Source: Acanthaster planci | Taxonomy: Eukaryota | Direction: 5' to 3' | DNA length: 64,000 bases | NCBI RefSeq assembly: GCF_001949145.1 | Contig: NW_019091358.1 | Span: forward strand, 93,984-157,983 | Shown: one piece after another, positions 27,170 to 39,400 of the stretch | Layout of the letters: every line of letters begins with the position of its first letter | How positions within the stretch are numbered: the stretch's first letter is position 1 | Made by a program: the position numbers and the translations under genes | Notes under the pieces: generated by a model | What the model saw: the letters and a program-made list of their open reading frames with translations, nothing else | Databases searched by the model: none | Told to the model about the DNA's origin: nothing

Positions 27170-29461
27170 AATCATTCACACTGTGAATTTTAGAAATAAA
27201 ATAACGACTTTGTAAAGAAACGTAGCCAAAAAAAAGGAAAGAAAAAAGAGAGTAGTTGCGTTACACGATTTCTTGAAATAGAGAAAACGTAAGAAAAAGA
27301 CATAAAATGGAGAGTGGTTGCATTACACGATATCTTGGAATACACATTATTGTACATGAAGTAATTGATTCAAGTATAATAAACCTTGAAGGAGTTGCAC
27401 TAAAATTTCATGTACTATTTCATTTACAATGTCTTGGAATACAGGAAATTTCATCTTGCATGGATCTTGCATGCATCTTGGACAGCATACAGGCATTTTT
27501 TTTGTCTTGCCAGACCAAGGCGAGCGAGCCTTGGTCACAGGAGTGGTGAACAACATCTTGAGTTTCAAGGAGCACAAGCCCTTGGGCATATCGAATTTTC
27601 TCACCGTCACGACGACGTTCGTCTTCTGGTCGTGTAGTTTCAAGTACAGTTCGGGGCTGCTGAACCAGTTGTCCAAGAAAATGGTGTACCCTTTGCCAAG
27701 AAGATTGGCATTCAAGTCAAGTACGATTTTCGTACTTGCCAGGCCAACAGTTTGGTCTTGACTGGTGTAAATCTTGAAGTTCCAGGTGTATCCAGGGGCA
27801 ACACCCATGCTCTGGCAGACTCTATACACCTTGATGCCAAACCTTGCATGCTTCTTGGGGTTGTACTGCTTGAACTTCATTCTCCCTTTGAATTTCCCAA
27901 GGAACTTGTCGGTAGTAATGTTGCTAGATGCAATGTAGATGGACTTGAACTCCTCGGTCAGTTCGTCTATCACCAGGTGGAGCTTGAAGAGTTGATCTGT
28001 TGTATCTGCATGGCTGTTATCGATGAAATGCAGATGGGACAGCAAGTCCATAAATCAGTCGCGGGGCATGGTATTAGGGAAAAACAAGAGTCTCAAGTAT
28101 TGAGTCTCTCATCCAGTAGGACTTCATGTCGGGTTTCGGCATCAGTCCCAGGACGATGATCATGGACAGGAACACTGACATCTTGTCTGGTGTTGTGTCG
28201 AACTAGCTTTTCATGTGACTTGGACTTGCTGCTTGACTTTTCGGGTGTTCAGCGGCATAGCGGTTGGTCTCGTTGACTATGTGCAACGTCAACTCTGGGG
28301 TGAAGAACTGCTCGAAGATTTCAACAGGAGTGCTGTTCTTGTCCATTTCTTGCACCTGAACAACCACTATGCCTTGAAAGCCGTGTCGGCGGGGGAAGTT
28401 GTCATCAGCCGTCCATTGAATGGACGAAGTCTTGACCTTCTTCTTGGCAGGCCTCATAGTGAATTCTGGAACAGCTTTCTACACTCCTGCCCTGATAATC
28501 CCACCATTGTCCAGATCTGCAGCTTTTATAATTAAATTCAATGGAAAGGGCAGGGCACTCTATTGAGTAAAGCAGTGTAAAAAGCTTCAATGCTTGCAGC
28601 ATGCCTCTCACTCCTTCGCTGTGCAGCAAAGCTTCAAGAAGCTACTGGTCCACTGAATCCAACTAGCAGTCATTTTATTTTGTTCTACTTGTGTCTGGAT
28701 GTGGGGGTAGGATCCGGCTTGGCAGTGTTTGCTCGTTACGGCAAATATCCCCGCGAAAGGCCACAGTTTCTTAGTATTTATTTTTGTAAATATCTACAAC
28801 AATTTTGCCGGGTCAAGAAATGGCCGGAGAAGACAGAGACTCAAGCTTTTCATTAAGGGGTACTTATTTCTTTTATGTACAACCAAACCTCTAAATACTT
28901 GCTGTTCGACTTTTCAGGTGTTCAACCGCATAGCGGTTGGTCTCGTTGGCAATGAGCAACATCAGCTCTGGGGTGAAGAACTACTCAAAGATTTCGACAG
29001 GAGTGCCGTTCTACTCCAGTTCTTGCACTTGAACACCCGCTGTGCCGGCAGGGGAAGTTGTCATCAAGCGTCCGTTGAGTGGACGAAGAAGTCTTGACCT
29101 TCTTGGCAGGCCTCGCTAATGGTGGTTGCCTGTTAGAATTGCTGTCACTGGTTTAAATTTCTGAACAGATTTCAATGGCATGCACAACATGTCAATGACC
29201 TGTATTCATCGCGCTGCGGGCCCACACAAAGTGCGTTGGATAAGCCCTGACAGCCGAGTCGAGCGACACTCCGCGGAGATTTCACAGGGTATTCAATCAA
29301 AGACAATACGGTGTTCTGATGAAAAAAATCCAATTTACTGGGTATCGTGGGGTCGACCAACTCTCCTAGTTGCTCTAGATTTCCATTCAATGCAAAGCTC
29401 CCAGTAATTACAAATGAACACTCTCCAGGCGCGGTGTTTGCAGTCATCCGGTGCGAAGGGG
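27170..29461 (-). mobile_element. piggyBac transposon copy 2 (degenerate, rearranged 5' part)
   Basis: ORF 27347-28051 (FKGRMKFKQYNPKK, FLDNWFSS). Terminus ccggtgcgaagggg|ttaa at 29448-29465. 5' coding piece duplicated at 28896-29166 around unrelated sequence. 3' region repeated at ~54690-55020. Confidence 0.88.
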
Positions 29462-30336
29462 TTAACCATGCTGTGGCGAATCTCAATTGATTTGTGTGTC
29501 AGCGGCACCCTCTTTAGACTATTGTTAGTGCAATGCCATGGTGCGCGTTAGAGAAAGTAACATTTTATAAGAAATTTTTTCAACAAAGTTTGGTTTACAA
29601 TTAATAAAGTAAAATTTGTCAACTAAATAATATCTTCCCTACTGTCATCATTGCAACAGTGTCATTTGTAACCTGTCACGACAAAATTAGTATAAAGTTG
29701 CACTCTGTTCTTTTCTGTGTTTTAGGGCTTAAAGTCATATTGAAGTGGAGGTCATTTTTTAAAATATTTTTAAGAGCAACCCATCTCTTTTGTAATTCCA
29801 AATATTTTGCAGAATTACATATTTAAAAGTGTCATTTTCTCAGCAATTTTGATGATAAGAAATGTTGAAACAGTGTCAGAAACAAAGATGCAAGGCTGCT
29901 ACGACAATGTCACATCGTCGCTTATACTTTACCCTGAGTGTTTTATGTATACAAAGGCCTACCGTTGGAAAGTTCCCATTTTGCTGAATTCAATAACACC
30001 ATTATCTTAATTTCCGAAATTCTGACTTTCAGCTCATTTTGGCAATGACAGATCACATTCGTCAGGAAGAGTGAAGGCAGTGTTGTAAAAAGGGCATTTT
30101 TCCAGATAACCTAAAGAGAATGTTGAAGTCGTTCCATACATTAAATGAGGAAGATATTACAAGTTTCCATGATTCCTGCGAGCAAACTTCGCATGTTGTT
30201 TTTGTACACAATATAAAGACAACAAGACTGTTGGTCTCCCTGATAGTGTTGACCAAATGGTAAGAAAGCCAACTAAACAGGGCTGGGTAGAGTGGTCTGA
30301 TTAATTAAAGCTTTTCCTATTTTTCTTCACATACAG

Positions 30337-30508
30337 GATAACCAAGCAGTTATATCCAAATGCTGACTCGGTTTTCCGTCCCAAGAACTTCAGTCTTGAA
30401 GAGAATCAGCCACAGTGTGAATGTTTTGCTCGACAGTGTGAATGGTTCATCTTTGACCATGAACTTGTACTTCCAGAATATGTCATTGACTTTGAGTACA
30501 TGACAAAG
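30337..30508 (+). CDS. LRRC9: LRRC9 internal exon (phase 2 to 0), probable GC donor
   Basis: atacag|...AAG|gcaagt; encodes ITKQLYPNADSVFRPK...CECFARQCEWFIFDHELVLPEYVIDFEYMTK (LRRC9 RQCxWFxFDHxLVLPEY motif). Confidence 0.88.
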
Positions 30509-31160
30509 GCAAGTACACCAAGATTGTACAATCCATTGCTGATATTTAACCACTTGTTGCAAGATGATGTGGAAACATATGCACTTTTCCTCAGTGGTTC
30601 CAGAGAGGACATGCACACTCATTTAAGAGTTCTTTTTGCGTAGCTTTGGTTGATGTATTTATGAGTCATGCTTCGTTGGGTCAGAGTGCAGAAGATGTTC
30701 CAGCACACGGATTACTGCTGCTAAGTGGACCCCCCCCCACAATAATCCAGAGTTTATGGTGCCCTACCTACCCAAACAGTCACTACATGTGCTTAAACGT
30801 AACACACATGTCCCTCTAGGCATCTTCGATTTTTTGAGTTACCCTTTTCTCTGCATGGTTCTGTGTTGATCTGATTATCCATCCTTCCTTCTTGAATATT
30901 GCTAATCACTTCATGCCAGGTGGGATTTGATATGTGGGATGAATTTCTGGGCAATTTTCAAGATTTTCCATTTTCAAATTCTTCCAAAATTTATACAGTC
31001 GACTCTCATGAATATGAGGGCCTTTGGACTTACTTTACATTGGCTAGTATTATCCAGACCTCATCTGATGCGAAAGCTGCCCTCCTGCTCGACGTATGTA
31101 TCACCAATCAACCGTGGGTAGAGCGTACATGTTTACAAGTATCCATAACCTTTTGTTTAA

Positions 31161-31549
31161 CCCCTTGACGACGGGAATTTCTTCCCGAAAGCCAACTCCA
31201 AGAATCCCAGCCTCGCTTGGCCATGAACGCCACCTGCCAAACCGCAAATTCTGGTTTGTGGCCCTGCGTGTTCTGCACGCTTTGAATTACACGGTGAAAA
31301 GGCTGATTGTTTGGTGGCATGCAGCTCTACTCACCTTTCCATATTCCCATTCCCTGTTTTCAAAGTGGGGACTATTGTGAAGCTGGTGATTATGATGCAA
31401 ATTCTGTCTTTTCATTTCTGGACTAGCACAAAGACCAATTACCATATATACAAGAGCCAGGGTCTGCCTTCTTTCAGCATGTTTGCTCGAGCGTGGGCCG
31501 AGAATAATAGCTGAAAAGGCGTGTCTAGCCGCCTCCCGATGCGTAAGGG
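31161..31549 (+). mobile_element. piggyBac-type MITE (~390 bp)
   Basis: ttaa|ccccttgacg...gcgtaaggg|taaa; inverted copy of 51791-52197. Confidence 0.75.
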
Positions 31550-32699
31550 TAAAAAGCACGTATGTTTTTATATGAATTTCATTTGAAAAAGTTTGTTTAT
31601 GAAAGTGAGATACAGTTTAATGAGTTTAAAGACTTGTAATAAAGAATTATCAAATGTAAGAATGGAGGAAGTGACATCTCCACCAATCATGTCGATTTGT
31701 AGCGATGCTGTATTACACGTCCCTTGCCCTACATGCTGTGATGAGATCCACATGCATACACGTAACGTAAGTACATTAACATTTTAGTTGGTATAAACCA
31801 GTTCCAGAGCTGTGCCTGTTGCACATAAAAGTAGGAGGAAACCAGCTCTTGGTGGTGTGGACAGCACAGGGTGAATATCGGATTTTACTTTGGAAAGGCG
31901 TGTGGGTTTAGCGAAAAATTATTAGCGTATGATACACTTTTTTCCTCAAAACTTGTGGATGGTATGCTCTTCGTGAAATGGACCAAAATGCAACTGCGGA
32001 TGTCATTTTTTAACACTACTAAAAGAGTGACTTTGATCATGTAAAATCATTGGCTATGACACTGGCCTATTAAATGATAACAGTTCAAGCAATGGAATTC
32101 TTGAAATGTAAATTAAGTAAAAATGGCATGCTTGCCAATAATACTGACCAAGGCATTGTACCCTTGGCGCGTGTGCAAAAGTCACGGTGCTTGCCCTTGA
32201 CACTTGACACGCTTGTCACAAGTGAACAGGGGTAAAATGTCACTTTACGACTTGCCCCGTCACTATGTATGCGAGATGGCATGCTTAGGGACTTACTTAG
32301 AATTCTACCATTGCGATGCATTTTACAAAATACAATGGTGTAACCTTTAACATTGATTGGTTTGTTGTACGAACCCACCACTGTACTTGTGGTAGGGTTA
32401 GCCTATCCACCTCTGTACTTGCAGTGGGAATAGTTGTTTGGCCACTGCTGAACTTGCAGTAGGCAAAACTCTAACAGTAAAGAGAAAATTGTTGTGAATT
32501 CCAACAATGGTTAATTTTCATACGGCTTAACTTTGAAGTTGATGCTTAAGTTGATGATCATCCTCCCATGCTATTTTCGCCAACGCGCAAAGTGCATCCC
32601 GAATGGGAAGACGATGAGTAGCCCTTAGCTGGTCCCCTGGCATGGAGATAATGCGGAATCACTGGTCTTCCAATTGATTGTGAATACAGTTGAGCAAGT

Positions 32700-33640
32700 T
32701 TCCGGTAAAAGAATGATTACCTACGGCAGATAAATGAACGCCATCATAGGCGTACAGATGAAACTGTTCTATGGGAAAATTGTGGGTGTGAAAGAGTAGT
32801 GATGCCAAACCTACAACCTATCGAGCAGCACCATCGGTTGATGGAGCATCTTTTCTGGTCGGCTCGTGAGGGGAAAAGAGTGCTAAAATAGCATGCCCAC
32901 GGGCCGTGCGTGTGGAAACTGCAGGACGCATTCCTGCATAAAAACACTCACTTGTACCCGGAATACGAACGAATCTACTTTTAGCAAGTCATTGGTACCT
33001 ACGTGCACTATGGTTAGTCAAGGGGACAGTTCCCGGGTCTCCATAGCCGACCTTAACCTGGGAATGTCAGCAAGCCCTGCTCCTCCAATTCCATGCCAGT
33101 GGACAGGTGCTCAACAACCCAAAGACTGACTGGCTCGATGAACGATTTAATCCCCTACGATCCACACAGTGCCTAAACCGGAAGTAAAAATAAAGGTGGA
33201 AAGTCATGGCCAGTGCTCTATCGCTGTTCCATATGCGGCATGTGACAATCGACAGTCGGATGTCTTCAAGCCGTACCCCACCTTCTGCCGCTGCCATTGC
33301 TTTCCCGATGCGGAACAAGCGCGCCCGGTTATAGGGGCCCATGCAGTCAATAAAAGAAAGTACCTTTTGCAGCATAGCATTGAATTAATATTGGGTCAGC
33401 GGTGATCATCAAAGTGACAGAACAGGGGGCCGTGCTTGCTGGGTCTATGCGCCAGGAATTTTTGCAAGGCGAGAACTGGACAAAGTGATCTATCGGTGGC
33501 CAGTATAAGGCACACAGATTGGGCTGGTCCAAGCTTATTATTTTTGGCACTTCTAAATGAATAAATTACAGACAATGCACACGAATTACTGTCGTCAATG
33601 TGGATGTCAGATCTCATAAGTAGTCTTGACATCTCATCGT
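32700..33640 (-). mobile_element. Ngaro-like YR retrotransposon fragment (tyrosine recombinase then SGNH-hydrolase remnant)
   Basis: RSAKN...LCPVLAL..FL..RP...GPLFCH and FRIG.AMAAAEGG...I...W.S, followed by WHGIGG and HLYAYDGVHLSAVGN. Confidence 0.65.
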
Positions 33641-33699
33641 CTTGACATTTTTGTACCAGACATTACTAAACATACTGGGACTCCTGACGACATACCATG

Positions 33700-34475
33700 G
33701 TGCCTAGTGCGAACTCTTATTATGGTACATAGCTAAAACCAGAAAACTCAGTGGTACAACTTCACAGCTTTTCATCACTAATAAAACCTCACCAAGCTGC
33801 GACCAGAGACACTATAGCCAGATGGGCAGTTTCAGCTATCAAGTTTGCCAATTCAGATTGGCTGNNNNNNNNNNNNNNNNNNNNNNNNNNNNNNNNNNNN
33901 NNNNNNNNNNNNNNNNNNNNNNNNNNNNNNNNNNNNNNNNNNNNNNNNNNNNNNNNNNNNNNNNNNNNNNNNNNNNNNNNNNNNNNNNNNNNNNNNNNNN
34001 NNNNNNNNNNNNNNNNNNNNNNNNNNNNNNNNNNNNNNNNNNNNNNNNNNNNNNNNNNNNNNNNNNNNNNNNNNNNNNNNNNNNNNNNNNNNNNNNNNNN
34101 NNNNNNNNNNNNNNNNNNNNNNNNNNNNNNNNNNNNNNNNNNNNNNNNNNNNNNNNNNNNNNNNNNNNNNNNNNNNNNNNNNNNNNNNNNNNNNNNNNNN
34201 NNNNNNNNNNNNNNNNNNNNNNNNNNNNNNNNNNNNNNNNNNNNNNNNNNNNNNNNNNNNNNNNNNNNNNNNNNNNNNNNNNNNNNNNNNNNNNNNNNNN
34301 NNNNNNNNNNNNNNNNNNNNNNNNNNNNNNNNNNNNNNNNNNNNNNNNNNNNNNNNNNNNNNNNNNNNNNNNNNNNNNNNNNNNNNNGCATGCTGGAAGA
34401 CCCCATCTAATTTCACCACATGCTACCTCACCGATGTTCTACAAAAGGACTCTGCACATGGCAGAGCAGTCCTAA
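33700..34475 (+). mobile_element. DIRS tyrosine-recombinase fragment spanning N-gap 33865-34387
   Basis: KPHQAATRDTIARWAVSAIKFA before the gap and ACWKTPSNFTTCYLTDVLQ after it; paralogous to 43677-44246. Confidence 0.7.
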
Positions 34476-34545
34476 CATCGGCTACATCGATGCCGAAGGG
34501 TTCCTCATCAAAGCGGCCCTCCGCTGGAACGACATAACTCCATTA

Positions 34546-34805
34546 GGGATGGGATCAGAAACACAGAGACCGTTCGCACGTGTTTGCACACATTCCCTTC
34601 CATTCTGCATGCCCTCCCATTCACCCCCGTTCCGAAGGGCACTTCGGAATGAGTTCCTGATCATTCTCTTGCATGAGTGATTCAGAGAGTATTGTTATGT
34701 TAATTGGCCATCCCTGTGTGTGCGAGAACAGCAGCATCACAACAAAGATGTAAAGAACATGCATACCAGCTGTTCTTGAGTCTGTTGGCTAAATGAGTGT
34801 CGACA
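34546..34805 (+). repeat. Dispersed non-coding repeat (MITE-like end); second copy inverted at 59760-60020
   Basis: gggatgggatcag..gagaccgttcgcacg...gcatgagtga.tc.gagagtatt.ttatgttaattg...cacaacaaagatg is shared between the two sites. Confidence 0.75.
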
Positions 34806-35024
34806 GCAACTGAAAACCAGTGAGTGCAAGTAACCCTATCTAGTTTATACATGACATTTTATGTGGCCTGCATCCCATGAAAACAAATAAAACGCCTGGT
34901 GCAAGTGATTCTGAATGCTATATTTTTATACTTTATTAAAGTATTGGTTGAATAAAGATTAAAAATGTACATTCAAATGATGTGGCAATAAACAACATTA
35001 TGTGCTATCTACTACTTTTTACAG

Positions 35025-35173
35025 GAAAAACCGACACACCGTATCCACAGATGGCCAGATGGTGCTGGGGCTTCCTAGGACAAAATGTCAGAGTGCCCCT
35101 TCCTTCCTGTGCACTCCATAAAATCCGGGAAAAGTACCCTTCCGATGAGTACAGAAGTTTTCAGGAGATATAG
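35025..35173 (+). pseudogene. KolX last exon (P2X7 ballast-domain-like)
   Basis: tttttacag| then QMARWCWGFLGQNVRVPLPSCALHKIREKYPSDEYRSF*, the W.LG...R.PLPSC...IR..P motif; frameshifted at its start. Confidence 0.75.
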
Positions 35174-35739
35174 CTTAGAACCTCTGAGTCACAAAAGTAC
35201 ATGTTAACTCCATTGTTTATTACATTTCACAAATACACGTAGTAACTGCTTTAACCATTGACGTTTGACAATCAGAAGCAGCACAGATTCTTTATGGGCA
35301 CTAGTTTTATTACACTGTGAGATGAAGCATCAAATATTAGTATCAACAACACCCTAATTCCACATCCTGCTAGTGTATACGTGTACAGCCCAAACAATCT
35401 AACTGACCAACTTCAATCCAAGTCCATATCACAAGGAAGATTCAGTGTAAACTGTACATCCTCTTCACATGTGATTCTAAAATTCTTGTATTTAAGTCAC
35501 CGTACATGTACATGCTATCTTTATTTGTGTACCAGCATGTGCATGATGTTTTTAAACACTTACTAGGTATCATATTCATTGTGCTTTATTAGTTGGCAAA
35601 CAATTATTGTGGTTCAATTATTCACTTCATCAACATTTGACAATTTACATGTATTCGCATTTCTGTAGTCTGAATAATCCCTCACTATCAATGATTTCAT
35701 ACTTTACAGGGTTTGCACAACAAATTTTGGGGTGTATAT

Positions 35740-36197
35740 TGTAGTAGCCTCTAGACATAACTCAGAAAAAGGAAAGAGACCAAAGGCCGACAATTTACAG
35801 TTTCAGTAATTTATTACACAAATATAAAAATAAAGTCGGAGGGGGAGTCAAATTGTCCTAAAGAACTTACATTCTCTAACCAAGCCAGAACAGTGTTGAG
35901 TCAAGTTGTCCACAGATACTCCTTACAAATGGCTTAGAAAACATAACAGAACATCTCACGACCAACGCCCAGTCTCAAATCCACGCCGAGCTGAAACTAC
36001 CACAAGGTTTTATAGGAAAGCAATGAGGGGTCCAACAAAAAGAAGATTCCAGTTGTATAAATATAAAGAATGACTTGTGTCATATCCCATCCTGTGACCA
36101 CAGCCAGGGGCCCTTCTGGCCGAAGCCAGGCAATGGTATGCGAATCATTTGAACTGAAAGCTGCTAAGGCTGGTACAAAATAACTTTAATTGTTACA
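35740..36197. mobile_element. Probable solo LTR inserted between the Kolobok genes
   Basis: TGTAGTA...TGTTACA ends with ATAT on both sides (35736-39, 36198-201). Confidence 0.45.
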
Positions 36198-36488
36198 ATA
36201 TAATTGTATACAGCTATTCGATAAATGTTCACAATAAACTTCAGTAAATTTCACATATTCTAATTTGACGTACATGTGTCCAAATTTCTCTTTCAAACAG
36301 TGCTTTTTTTCGGTAAACTGGCAACAAGACATTATTATGCAAGTTCAGTGTATTATGTGAAAATATTACAAAGGTGTGTTTGTTGCACAGCACATGCCGA
36401 TTTATGTAAATTGACACTCAAACTGGGCAACCGATATTTAGGAAATTTCAGAAAGTCGTCTTGCTTTCCTAGAAACTGTCCGTGGTGT

Positions 36489-39400
36489 TTACTTGGCACT
36501 GAACCGACTTCACTGTTGTTCAATCAGCTCTGTTTTTGTTGGATAGGTGAACCCACTGGCCAAGCTTGGTGGTACCTTCTTCTTCTTTGATGACTTGTTG
36601 GCAAGTTTCGCCACCTCTCCCATCAAGTCTGCCACATATGCTACATTTCCAGAAATTAAGTCAGATTGGATTTTACGCTTTGGCCTTCAAATCAAATGTC
36701 GGTTTACATTGTATTTTTCTTTATTCCAAAGAATAAAAATAACTGGAATAACAATGGATATGTATCTTACTTCATTTGACTGGCACTTTAATTGGCTTTA
36801 CTGTTGCTTTCCCCTTTTTGTACTTGGGCTTGCTGAGGCGGTAATGCTTGACCCCTTCTTGTGTTGTGGCCTGCTGTCTGTCACTGTTCTCATTGTGGTG
36901 AAGCGCTGCGAGGTGAAGCCTTTAAAGTAGGGAAAAAAGCCTTAAGTGAGACCGAATAACAGATACATAATGAGTTTCTTGAAAAAGGGTCACATTTAGT
37001 GCATGTACTAGATGGCATGTGCCCCAAAAATGTACAGCAACATGTACCAGCATGTTTCCATGCTGGAAAAGTCGTCAATAATTAAGCACTCCCACACTGA
37101 AGACCATCAAATCAACTGGAGCCAAGCTGAACTTATCACCAGCATCGAACGATGGTATCCCCGCCGCATTAGAGAAGCCATGGAAATCATCAAGCACGAC
37201 ACAGTTCCCCAAGACATCGGCTTCAGCATCAGCAATATCTGGCGCCCCTTCCANNNNNNNNNNNNNNNNNNNNNNNNNNNNNNNNNNNNNNNNNNNNNNN
37301 NNNNNNNNNNNNNNNNNNNNNNNNNNNNNNNNNNNNNNNNNNNNNNNNNNNNNNNNNNNNNNNNNNNNNNNNNNNNNNNNNNNNNNNNNNNNNNNNNNNN
37401 NNNNNNNNNNNNNNNNNNNNNNNNNNNNNNNNNNNNNNNNNNNNNNNNNNNNNNNNNNNNNNNNNNNNNNNNNNNNNNNNNNNNNNNNNNNNNNNNNNNN
37501 NNNNNNNNNNNNNNNNNNNNNNNNNNNNNNNNNNNNNNNNNNNNNNNNNNNNNNNNNNNNNNNNNNNNNNNNNNNNNNNNNNNNNNNNNNNNNNNNNNNN
37601 NNNNNNNNNNNNNNNNNNNNNNNNNNNNNNNNNNNNNNNNNNNNNNNNNNNNNNNNNNNNNNNNNNNNNATCTAACATGTAACAGATTTTTACACGACCC
37701 TAAAAATAATTTTGTCAAATTTTAGAGTGGGCTGTGCATAATGACTGGTCTTCACACTATTGAGGAGATACAGGATGGATGTAGTCATGAATGATAGTAT
37801 AATTATACAATTTGGAAAAGCCCTTCAACTCAGACATTAAAACAAGGGGAGATCTGTTGGAAGCTTACACATATGTAATTACCTGCTGACAATACCTGCA
37901 TGTGAAAAAGCCTTCATCTTCGGCGCAAACTGATTGATGAGACTGTGGAGGGACTCCAGAGATGAGGTCTGCTGAGAGCATGACATCTTGCGAATATCCT
38001 TGACCAGGCTTGTCTTTTCAATAATGGCACACACCTTAACACATGCCTCTGTACCTGTATTTAAAATAAAATTCCTGTTTTTATACTATATCATTACAAA
38101 ACTTTTGGAATATCTGAAACTAGATGTCAAGAATACCACCTGCCACAAAAATCGTGTGGCAAAAAAATAGTGTATTATTCTGCTCTGTCTTATTATTTAT
38201 TATTAATTTCCTGTGCAAGAAAGATATGATAGATTATAAATTTGTCATTTTGAAAAACGACACAGAACTGAACTGCATTACCAGATTGCAGCCATGTTTT
38301 CTTGTGTTCTCCATCTTTGAGTCTTCGGTGCAAACAGTTGGGGAAGATGTCCGAATGGCCATGGTGCATGTCCTGGATGTGGTTGGTGAGAGACATCCAA
38401 CACGTAGTTCCTCCTCCTCATCTGTGGTTGAGGCTGCCACCCAGTAAACATGATTGCTTACACTCTTCTCCCATTTGCTGACTTCCTCACACTTCTTGGC
38501 AAGGCTGTGCATCTTTTTTTTCACCTCTGCAAAATACCATAATAACAATGCACGTGTGCATGCAATACAAAGATGATCCATGCACAAAAACTGCTTTCTG
38601 TGGTAGGGAGAAGAAACAATAAAGACATGAAGAAAAAGAACAGCAGTTAAGTGAAGACCAACTGGCATTGCTAATTGAAAGAAAAGATATTTTAAATTAC
38701 AATCTGCTGTTTATTGTTCCAAAAAGAGAGACATTAAGAGAAATGTTAAGTGCACTTAAGAAGAGTTTTTTAGAACCAATTCAGAACAGAATAATTTGTG
38801 TACCTTTAGTTACATGCCATTCATCATATATATGAAGGATAGCTGGCATCTCCTCCCTGACATATTTGGAGAGCTGGCAATGCCAATCCGTCACCAGTTT
38901 CCTGATGGTCAGCCCGCTCTTCCTCATCTTCTTAACCGTCCTCTTGAAACCCTCCAGCTCCATGTGGTTGGAATTTTTCACCTCATTACTTTGCACAAAC
39001 ACATGGAGCACAAGGGCATATCTCTTCAAGTTAATGACAGATATAAAGGTAAGCTTGGTATGTTCACCTCTGAAATTTCACAATAAAAAACTCACCAGAA
39101 TCCTACTAACCTGAACCAGCTGAATATTAACATTCTTGTTGATTTTCAGCTCAATGACAGTATAACTGCCGAACTTCGCAGAATGGCCAGGGCTGTCTTC
39201 CCGACCATCTCCTCCGAGTGGTAGAGGCTGGCCGGCATCAAGGAGTTGCTTAATGAGGGCTTGATGGTAGTGCTTCCACTTCCTTTCAATGACCAGCCAC
39301 AGAAAGTTAATCTGGAGATTGTAGAATGTCCTCTCTGTTATGCACGCCTCATTCAAATTATTAAGGATTTGCACAGCGGTAGCAAAGCTACCACCTGCAA

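Noticed and set aside
33751..34537. Long ORFs across the first N-gap (likewise 37012-37725)
   Set aside because: Artefacts of translating Ns.
35025..35173. Host P2RX7 gene
   Set aside because: Only the ballast-like motif is present, convergent with a Kolobok transposase; interpreted as KolX.
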